Source: Candidatus Eiseniibacteriota bacterium (lineage in GTDB: Bacteria; Eisenbacteria; RBG-16-71-46; JABDJR01). From it: a DNA stretch of 64,000 nucleotides. The stretch is taken from NCBI GenBank assembly GCA_963762255.1, contig CAVXKA010000001.1, positions 1,504,001-1,568,000 on the forward strand, given 5' to 3'. This document shows positions 57,019-64,000 of the stretch, piece after piece. The notes under the pieces are model-generated. The model did not search any database and was not told the DNA's origin. It saw nothing but the letters and a program-made list of their open reading frames with translations. The position numbers and the translations under genes were made by a program. How positions within the stretch are numbered: the first letter of the stretch is position 1; each line of letters begins with the position of its first letter.

Positions 57019-58071
57019 ATGCCCAAGATCCGGGCCGTCGCAACGGCTGTTCCCTCGACCCGAGTCGACCTGGAGTTGACGGTGGCGTTCGCGCGCCAGA
57101 TGTTCGCCGAGCGTATCCCCGATCTCGAACGCATGCTGCCCCTGTTCACGAACGCCGGCATTCAGACCCGCTACTTCGCGGCGCCTCAGGAGTGGTTCTT
57201 CGCTGACCACGATCTGGCCGAGAGGAGCGCCATGTATGCCCGCGAGGCGACGCGACTTTCGGCGGAGGCGGCCGGCAAGGCACTGACCAAGGCCGGATTG
57301 GTGCCGGCGGAGGTCGACTACATCATCTACGTGAACACCACCGGGCTGGCCACGCCCTCCATCGATGCCCGGCTGATCAATATCATGGGCCTACGGCCGG
57401 ATGTGCGCCGCACGCCTATCTGGGGCCTGGGTTGCGCGGGAGGGGCAGCGGGCCTCTCCCATGCCCATCACTACGCGCTGGCCCATCCCGAGGCGCAGAT
57501 CCTGGTGGTCGCCACCGAACTATGCGGACTGACGTTCCTACCCGGTGACACCTCCAAGTCGAATCTGGTCGCTACCGCCCTGTTCGGCGATGGTGCGGCC
57601 GCCGCCGTGGTCGGCGGCGACGCGTGCGAGGGGCGGGGGCTCGAAGTGCTCGGCACGGGCAGCCGCTTCTACGCGGACTCCCTGGACGTCATGGGCTGGT
57701 CCGTGTTGCAGGAGGGCCTGCAAGTGATCTTTGCCCAACGGATCCCCGAGATCGTGGAGGACACCGCCGCGGAAGACGTGGGGGCGTTCTTAGCGGGCCA
57801 CGACATCAAGATCGCCGACATCGGTGCCTTCCTGCTGCATCCCGGTGGCACCAAAGTCTTGGAGGCCTACGAGAAGGCGTTGGCCTTGGAGCCGGCGCAG
57901 CTCGCGCTGCCCCGGGGCATCCTGCGTGACTACGGCAATATGTCCTCAGCGACGGTCTTCTTCGTGCTGGAGCGGTACTTGGACACATGGGGGATGGGCA
58001 ACGGCGGCCACGGGTTGATATCGGCACTGGGGCCGGGGTTCTGCTCGGAGTCTCTCCTCGTGGCGCTGTAG
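57019..58071 (+). CDS. Type III polyketide synthase (chalcone synthase-like)
   Basis: Cys-His-Asn triad motifs GLGCAGG, HPGG and GNMSS; also LFGDGAAA and GPGF. Confidence 0.93.
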   Translation: MPKIRAVATAVPSTRVDLELTVAFARQMFAERIPDLERMLPLFTNAGIQTRYFAAPQEWFFADHDLAERSAMYAREATRLSAEAAGKALTKAGLVPAEVDYIIYVNTTGLATPSIDARLINIMGLRPDVRRTPIWGLGCAGGAAGLSHAHHYALAHPEAQILVVATELCGLTFLPGDTSKSNLVATALFGDGAAAAVVGGDACEGRGLEVLGTGSRFYADSLDVMGWSVLQEGLQVIFAQRIPEIVEDTAAEDVGAFLAGHDIKIADIGAFLLHPGGTKVLEAYEKALALEPAQLALPRGILRDYGNMSSATVFFVLERYLDTWGMGNGGHGLISALGPGFCSESLLVAL

Positions 58072-58162
58072 GGCGGCGCAGCCGAGTCCCTCATCGCGAT
58101 CTTGCCTGGGATCGACATGGGGAGCTAAGGTAGAGGAAGTCGGACAGCTTGAGGAGGGACAC

Positions 58163-58384
58163 ATGAAGCAGAACATGGGTACCGTGGACCGCGTGATCCG
58201 GACTCTCATTGCGATCGGCATCGGCGTCCTCTACTTCACCGGTCGCATCAGCGGCACGCTCGCCATTATTCTGGGCGTTGTCGCGGTCGTCTTCTTGGTC
58301 ACCAGCTTGGTAGCCCGGTGTCCGGCCTACGTCCCGCTCGGAGTGTCGACGCATAAGAAGACTGATGGTTCCCGGGACGCTTGA
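58163..58384 (+). CDS. DUF2892 (YgaP-like) membrane protein
   Basis: MKQNMGTVDRVIR...CPAYVPLGVST. Confidence 0.88.
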   Translation: MKQNMGTVDRVIRTLIAIGIGVLYFTGRISGTLAIILGVVAVVFLVTSLVARCPAYVPLGVSTHKKTDGSRDA

Positions 58385-58470
58385 GCGGAAATAGGCGACC
58401 GGAAAATAGTGCGCCAGTTCTGACTGGCATAGAATGCCCCGCGGGGCAGGGTAATGAAGGAGGATTGATC

Positions 58471-58863
58471 ATGAAAGGTTTTGTGCAAGACATCGAGGGT
58501 CTCGCCGTGAAGAATGACGAGTTTCGCCGGGTGCTCTACACGGCGAAGCACTGCCAGCTCGTTCTCATGGCGTTAAGGCCCAAAGAAGAGATCGGTGCGG
58601 AAGTCCACACACTCGACCAATTCTTTCGCGTGGAGGAGGGGAGCGGCGAGGCGGTGCTGGACGGTGTTCGGACGGCGATCCGAGCGGGCTTCGCAGTAGT
58701 CGTTCCGGCAGGGGCCAATCACAACATCATCAATACTGGCAGTGTCCCACTGAAGCTCTACACGCTCTATGCCCCCCCGAATCATCGGGACGGCGTCGTC
58801 CATCATACCCGCAGCGATGCGGAGGCCGACAACGAACACTTCGACGGCAAGACGACGGAATAG
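58471..58863 (+). CDS. Cupin domain protein
   Basis: Motifs FRRVLYT, IGAEVH..DQFFRVEEG, HNIINTG and YAPPNH. Confidence 0.9.
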   Translation: MKGFVQDIEGLAVKNDEFRRVLYTAKHCQLVLMALRPKEEIGAEVHTLDQFFRVEEGSGEAVLDGVRTAIRAGFAVVVPAGANHNIINTGSVPLKLYTLYAPPNHRDGVVHHTRSDAEADNEHFDGKTTE

Positions 58864-58932
58864 AGAACCGACAGGGCGCCGGGCCGGCTCGACCCCATAG
58901 AGTTCGTCAGGCGTCAGGAGAACGGAGTCGTC

Positions 58933-59319
58933 ATGTCCGTGCGTGTGGTCAGGCTTGGAAGCGATCGCCACCCTAGCGAAGGCGTGCGGATCGGTACCGT
59001 CCGCCGCCCGCCGCGGGGTGTGCCCAAGTCCGAGTTCTCTTCGCAGAACTGGTACGACGTGTGGTTCCCCAATCTTGCGCCGAGCATCGAGACGATGAAG
59101 CTCGGGCAGGAGGCGACGACGCCCGCGCGATGGGCCGTGTTCGCAAGGAAGTACACGGCGGAGATGTCGCAACCGGACGCGGATCACGCGCTGTCGCTTC
59201 TCGCCGCCCTATCCCACGGCACCAACTTCTCGGTCGGCTGCTATTGCCCCGACGAGGCGCACTGCCATCGCTCCATCCTGCGCAAGCTGCTCGAGAAGAA
59301 GGGCGCGACGTTTGCGTAG
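58933..59319 (+). CDS. DUF488 (YeaO-like) protein
   Basis: Motifs RIGTVRRPPRGV, LAPS and CHRSIL. Confidence 0.85.
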   Translation: MSVRVVRLGSDRHPSEGVRIGTVRRPPRGVPKSEFSSQNWYDVWFPNLAPSIETMKLGQEATTPARWAVFARKYTAEMSQPDADHALSLLAALSHGTNFSVGCYCPDEAHCHRSILRKLLEKKGATFA

Positions 59320-59387
59320 CTTCGGTTGGGACGCGAAACGCCGCCCGATCCCGCGCTCGACCGGCGGCCGAAGTGGGAGAGACTCCT

Positions 59388-59855
59388 GTGCTGCACGTCT
59401 ATGTCGACGCTGATGCGTGTTCCGTCAAACCGGAGGTGTACCGCGTCGCGAGCCGCTATCGGCTCCATGTCACGCTCGTAGCCAACTCGCGGATGCGAGT
59501 GCCGAACGAGCGATGGCTCACGCTCACCGTCGTGGAGGGTGGATTCGACGCGGCCGACGATTGGATCGTCGAGCATGTTCAACCGTGCGACATCGTGATC
59601 ACCGCCGACCTCCCGCTTGCGAGTCGTTGCCTGAAACAAGGGGCGCGGGTCGTCGGTCCCACCGGGAGGCCCTTCACGGAATCCAACATCGGGGAGGCCG
59701 TCGCGACTCGGGATCTGCTGGCGGACCTGCGTGGGGCGGGAGAGATAACGGGCGGGCCTCCGCCACTCGAGCAGCGGGACCGATCACGGTTCCTCCAACA
59801 ACTGGACCAGGTGGTTCAGTCCATCCTGCGCGAGCATCCGACCGCTCCGGCGTAG
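59388..59855 (+). CDS. YaiI/YqxD family protein
   Basis: Motifs YVDADAC, DAADDWI and ITADLPLA. Confidence 0.92.
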   Translation: MLHVYVDADACSVKPEVYRVASRYRLHVTLVANSRMRVPNERWLTLTVVEGGFDAADDWIVEHVQPCDIVITADLPLASRCLKQGARVVGPTGRPFTESNIGEAVATRDLLADLRGAGEITGGPPPLEQRDRSRFLQQLDQVVQSILREHPTAPA

Positions 59856-59963
59856 CTGCGTTGGCGCCGACGCTCGGATCCCGGTGATAGACTGGAAGGG
59901 CACATCGGCAAACGCGGCCGAGCGCGGATGCGTCGAGCGGGTCGTCGAATCGCGGGGGTCACC

Positions 59964-60218
59964 ATGGCTGACAAGCGTACTCGTGTCGAAGAGTTCGAAG
60001 TCTCCGGGGAGAAGATCGTCGAGACCGTCAAGGACTTGGTCCATAAGGGCAACATCCGCCGGATCACCATCAAGGATAGCGACGGCAAGTCGCTCATTGA
60101 GATTCCGCTTACCCTGGGCGTCGTCGGTGCCGTCCTGCTTCCTGTCTGGGCGGCCTTGGGAGCGCTTGCCGCGCTAGTAACCAAGTGCACGATTGTGGTT
60201 GAAATGGTAGAGGAGTGA
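59964..60218 (+). CDS. DUF4342 protein
   Basis: VKDLVHKGNIRRITIK..IEIPLTLG. Confidence 0.85.
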   Translation: MADKRTRVEEFEVSGEKIVETVKDLVHKGNIRRITIKDSDGKSLIEIPLTLGVVGAVLLPVWAALGALAALVTKCTIVVEMVEE

Positions 60219-61141
60219 CATCGCGCCTGCTTCTCTTGATGTGTCTTTCGCTTCTCGCCGTTGCGTGCCACGCCAGACCCAAGATCGAGGAGGGCATCGT
60301 CGACAACGGCGCGCACCCCCTCTACTACAAGACCATGGGCTCGGGCGATCCGATCGTGGTGCTGCACGGCGGCCCCGGCTTCGATCATCGGCAGTTCCTA
60401 CCCTACATTTGGGAGCTCGCCCGCGGGCACAAGGTCATCCTCTTCGATCAACGGTGTACGGGCCTGTCGACCGGACCAGCGGATTCGGCGTCCCTCACGA
60501 TCGATGCGTTCGTCGGGGACATCGAGGCCGTGCGGATGGCCTTCGGCATCGAGAAGATGAACCTGCTGGGGCATTCCTGGGGTGGAATCCTGGCGATATA
60601 CTACGGCCTGCGACACCAGGACAAGTTGAAGTCCCTGATCCTGTGCTCCACGGCGGCGACTGAGGAGAGCTTCGCCGAGATGGTCGCCACGTATGAGGCG
60701 AACCGGGCGCCCGGCGACAAAGAGCTTCTTCTGGAGATCTACGAGTCGGACGGGTTCAAGAGCGGGAACCCGATCGTGGTCGAGCGATTCTGGCGTGTGT
60801 ACTTCAAGCCCTATTTCGGGGACCAGTCCCTGGTGGACAAGATGGACTTGCAGTTCACGGAGAACACGATCAAGAACTGCAATATCGTGGCCGAGCGGGT
60901 ACTCCAGTCCATTGGGCACTTCGAGTTGCACGAGGACCTGAAGGGGCTGTACTGCCCGACGTTGATCCTGCACGGGGACGTGGACCCCATGAGCTACAAG
61001 TACGCGGAGCGCATACACGAGAGCATTGCGGGATCGGAATTGGTCATCGTGAAGGGTGCGGGGCACTGGCTGTTCGTGGATGGGACTGAGGTGTTCAGTC
61101 GAAGCATTCTCGAATTCCTTGCGGGCCTGCCGAGAGACTGA
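60215..61141 (+). CDS. Alpha/beta hydrolase (proline iminopeptidase-like), exported
   Basis: Motifs HGGPG, GHSWGG, GDVD and AGH; N-terminal signal. Confidence 0.9.
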   Translation: MTSRLLLLMCLSLLAVACHARPKIEEGIVDNGAHPLYYKTMGSGDPIVVLHGGPGFDHRQFLPYIWELARGHKVILFDQRCTGLSTGPADSASLTIDAFVGDIEAVRMAFGIEKMNLLGHSWGGILAIYYGLRHQDKLKSLILCSTAATEESFAEMVATYEANRAPGDKELLLEIYESDGFKSGNPIVVERFWRVYFKPYFGDQSLVDKMDLQFTENTIKNCNIVAERVLQSIGHFELHEDLKGLYCPTLILHGDVDPMSYKYAERIHESIAGSELVIVKGAGHWLFVDGTEVFSRSILEFLAGLPRD

Positions 61142-61208
61142 CATTCATCGGCCGCGGTGGCCGCTGATACGCTGGAACACGAACCGACTGGGAAGGACAG
61201 GGGAAACG

Positions 61209-61685
61209 TTGGGAGCTGCAAGGAGCGCACTCGGTCTGGTGGTTTGGCTGGCAATCTCATTCGCCGCCGCAGGAGTCGGCTCCCGGTTCATGCCGGGCCC
61301 TTGGTACGCATCGCTCGCCAAACCTGTTTGGACTCCGCCGAGCGCGGTCTTCGCTCCGGTGTGGACCCTTCTGTACGCAATGATGGGCGTGGCGGCGTGG
61401 TTGGTGTGGCGGCGTGCGGGGTTCCGGACCGCGGGCGCGGCACTGGTTGTCTTCGTGATCCAGTTGGTTCTTAACGCGCTGTGGTCGTACCTCTTCTTCG
61501 GGCTCCATCGAGCCGATATCGCCTTCATCGATATTGCGGTTCTGTGGATTGCGATTCTTGTCACTGTCGTGCTGTTCTGGCGGAGGGACCCGCGAGCCGG
61601 GGCGCTCATGTTGCCCTACCTCGCCTGGGTTGGGTTCGCATCCTGCCTGAACTTCGCCTTGTGGCGGATGAATGGAATGGAATGA
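61209..61685 (+). CDS. tspO: TspO/MBR family protein
   Basis: Motifs WYASLAKPVWTPP..FAPVWTLLY, QLVLNALWSYLFF and PYLAWVGFA. Confidence 0.92.
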   Translation: MGAARSALGLVVWLAISFAAAGVGSRFMPGPWYASLAKPVWTPPSAVFAPVWTLLYAMMGVAAWLVWRRAGFRTAGAALVVFVIQLVLNALWSYLFFGLHRADIAFIDIAVLWIAILVTVVLFWRRDPRAGALMLPYLAWVGFASCLNFALWRMNGME

Positions 61686-61722
61686 AGCGTGGCAAGCTAG
61701 CGGCGATCGGCTTCCGGTTCTG

Positions 61723-62220
61723 ATGACGCACGAAGCTCTTCTTCGGGAACTGAGCGAGGGCGATCTCTCCGTCCTGTTCGAACACCAGGCGGATCCCGAG
61801 GCGGCCCGTATGGCGGCCTTCCCGTCGCGCGATCGGGACGCGTTCATGGCGCACTGGGCGAAGCTCTTGGTGAACGACGCCGTCACGAAGCGGACCGTTC
61901 TGTTCGAGGGCCGGGTGGCCGGGAACATCGTCAGCTTCGATCGCGACGGCCACCGGGAGGTCGGCTACTGGATCGGCCGGGAGCACTGGGGCAAGGGCAT
62001 CGCCACCGCGGCCCTGGCGGAGTTCCTGAAGATCGAGACGACGCGCCCGCTCTACGCATATGTCGCGAAGCACAACGTCGCGTCCACCCGGGTTCTGCAG
62101 AAGTGCGGCTTCAGCATCTGCGGCGACTGCAGCGGGCCTTTGGTGCCCGGTGGGGCAGAGGTGGAGGACCACATCCTGGTCCTGGGATGCAGCCCGCAGC
62201 ATGCGACGGGCAGTCTATAG
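61723..62220 (+). CDS. GNAT acetyltransferase (RimJ/RimL-like)
   Basis: Motifs EVGYWIGREHWGKGIAT and NVASTRVLQKCGF. Confidence 0.9.
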   Translation: MTHEALLRELSEGDLSVLFEHQADPEAARMAAFPSRDRDAFMAHWAKLLVNDAVTKRTVLFEGRVAGNIVSFDRDGHREVGYWIGREHWGKGIATAALAEFLKIETTRPLYAYVAKHNVASTRVLQKCGFSICGDCSGPLVPGGAEVEDHILVLGCSPQHATGSL

Positions 62221-62322
62221 TATAATTTCGCCCTCCTTTAGCGCCGCCCGGTATGGGGTGGCATCGACAGCCAATTGACTTTCCGATCGTCGACCATCAC
62301 AAGCATTCACGAGGAGAAGACA

Positions 62323-63273
62323 ATGACCGACAAGAAGATCATTGCGGTATTGGGTGCAACCGGGGCGCAGGGCGGGGGATTGGCGCGAGCCATCCTCAAC
62401 GACAAGACCGGCTTGTTCACGTTGAGAGCGATCACTCGGGACGCCGGGTCCGACAAAGCCAAGGAGTTGGCGGCGCTGGGCGCGGAGGTCGTATCCGCCG
62501 ACGTGGACGACGCGACGAGTCTGGAGAAAGCCTTCACCGGTGCTCACGGCGCCTACTGCGTGACGTTCTACTGGGCCCACTTTTCGCCCGAGAAGGAATT
62601 GGCCCAGGCGGGGGCCATGGCCCAGGCGGCGAAGCGCGCCGGACTCCAGCACGTGGTCTGGTCGACGCTCGAGGACACGCGGAAACGGGTGCCGCTTGGC
62701 GATGACCGCATGCCCACCCTCATGGGCAAGTACAAAGTTCCGCACTTCGACGCCAAAGGTGAAGCCGATCATCTCTTCACGGACGCGGGCGTCCCGACCA
62801 CGTTTCTCCTGACCTCGTTCTACTGGGATAACCTGATCTACTTCGGCATGGGCCCGAAGCGGGGGCCGGACGGGAAGTTGGCGATCACGATGCCGATGGG
62901 CGACAAGAAGCTCCCCGGAATCGCCGCCGAGGACATCGGCAAGTGCGCCTACGGCGTCTTCAAGAGGGGCGACGAATTTGTCGGCAAGACGATCGGGATT
63001 GCCGGCGAGCACCTGACCGGAGCGCAGATGGCGGCGGCCCTGACTCGCGCTCTGGGACAGGACGTCGGTTACAACAGCGTTCCTCCCGAGGTGTACCGCG
63101 GCTTCGGGTTCCCCGGTGCGGACGACCTTGGAAACATGTTCCAATACAAGCGCGATTTCGAGGCGGCGTTCTGCGGCGCGCGGGATCTTGCGCTGTCACG
63201 GGCTCTCAATCCCGAACTGCAGACGTTCGATACGTGGCTCGCTCGGAACAAGAGCCGCATTCCGCTCGGGTAA
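62323..63273 (+). CDS. NmrA/HSCARG family protein
   Basis: Motifs VLGATGAQGG and PHFDAKG. A TATAAT lies upstream at 62221. Confidence 0.92.
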   Translation: MTDKKIIAVLGATGAQGGGLARAILNDKTGLFTLRAITRDAGSDKAKELAALGAEVVSADVDDATSLEKAFTGAHGAYCVTFYWAHFSPEKELAQAGAMAQAAKRAGLQHVVWSTLEDTRKRVPLGDDRMPTLMGKYKVPHFDAKGEADHLFTDAGVPTTFLLTSFYWDNLIYFGMGPKRGPDGKLAITMPMGDKKLPGIAAEDIGKCAYGVFKRGDEFVGKTIGIAGEHLTGAQMAAALTRALGQDVGYNSVPPEVYRGFGFPGADDLGNMFQYKRDFEAAFCGARDLALSRALNPELQTFDTWLARNKSRIPLG

Positions 63274-63299
63274 CGCGAGAGCGTCTCGCTGCCCCCGCG

Positions 63300-64000
63300 C
63301 TAGCGCAGTCCCCACCAGACGGAGGCCAACTCCGGCAGGACGCGCACGTGCGGGGGCGGCGGCACTCTCTTGAGAAACCACGGCAGGTTGCTGTACCGGT
63401 GGAGGAGCCCGTAGGCGAGCAGCCGACGCTCGAGTGCCTCGTCAAGCGCCACCTCCGTGTATCCATACGAAAGCAGCACCCGTCGCAGGAGCTTCGGTTC
63501 GCCGCACGACAGGAAGAGACCGACGGAGGCGAACTCGTACTCGGGGGCGCCCACCATGGCCGGCTCGAAGTCGAACAGGCCGGAGAGTTGCCAGCCGTCG
63601 CGGGCACGCTCCACGAGCAGGTGCTCGCGCATGATCTCCGTGTGGAGCAGCGATTCTGTCCGGCCGTCGCCGACAGGCGTGCGCGCGAGGAAATCGGAGA
63701 TCCCTTCGAGCCAGCACGATTCCAAGCCGCGGCGCCGCTGCCGCTCCACTGCGGTGCTGCGCTGCTCCTTGATGAAGCTCGGCCAGTCGAAGCGAACCGC
63801 GTCCAAGCGAACGTCGCTCACGCAGTGGAGCTCGGCCAACGCCTCGCCCATCGCGGCGGCGATCCGGATCCGATCGTCCGCGGGGACGTGAGGCCAGGCC
63901 TCGGCGAGGCTCACGCCGTGAAGCTGATCCATGAGGAGGTATCCCCAGCCGTCGAGTTCCCCGAGCGCACGCACGCCGGGCGTCGGGACGGACAACCGGC
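63300..64000 (-). CDS. Aminoglycoside phosphotransferase/choline kinase family protein (5' end outside the window)
   Basis: LLHTEIMREHLL (HxD variant) and GLFDFEPA motifs. Confidence 0.8.
   Translation of the reverse strand, partial: RLSVPTPGVRALGELDGWGYLLMDQLHGVSLAEAWPHVPADDRIRIAAAMGEALAELHCVSDVRLDAVRFDWPSFIKEQRSTAVERQRRRGLESCWLEGISDFLARTPVGDGRTESLLHTEIMREHLLVERARDGWQLSGLFDFEPAMVGAPEYEFASVGLFLSCGEPKLLRRVLLSYGYTEVALDEALERRLLAYGLLHRYSNLPWFLKRVPPPPHVRVLPELASVWWGLR

Noticed and set aside
63300-64000. APH-like gene as an integron resistance cassette
   Set aside because: It is on the opposite strand, has no attC, and has an atypical catalytic motif (HTE), so resistance function is unsupported.

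Overview
High-GC bacterial window. The FlgD-type Ig-tailed secreted protein and many lipoproteins suggest an FCB/Eisenbacteria-like lineage (inference only). The left half holds housekeeping loci: TPP riboswitch-thiC, thiI, FMN riboswitch-ribD-ribE-ribBA-ribH-nusB, a GH57-like secreted protein and a tricorn protease. It also has two accessory modules: a lower-GC three-gene island (wHTH, MORC/GHKL ATPase, 3x alphaCTD-sigma4 protein; 10.7-15.5 kb) and an ECF sigma / membrane-anchored vWA / three-serpin cluster (25.8-33.4 kb). The right half is a chromosomal integron. A multiply deleted intI is co-oriented with its array, followed by a putative attI (~34334) and about 28 cassettes delimited by 29 attC sites (34.3-56.0 kb). 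Twenty of the attC sites belong to one ~100-bp family whose loop keeps a TAnnnT (-10-like) hexamer even where the recombination boxes have decayed. The array fades distally into co-oriented cassette-like genes with no attC. Several single-base frameshifts in otherwise intact genes probably reflect assembly indels. Family assignments are by motif recognition, not database search.
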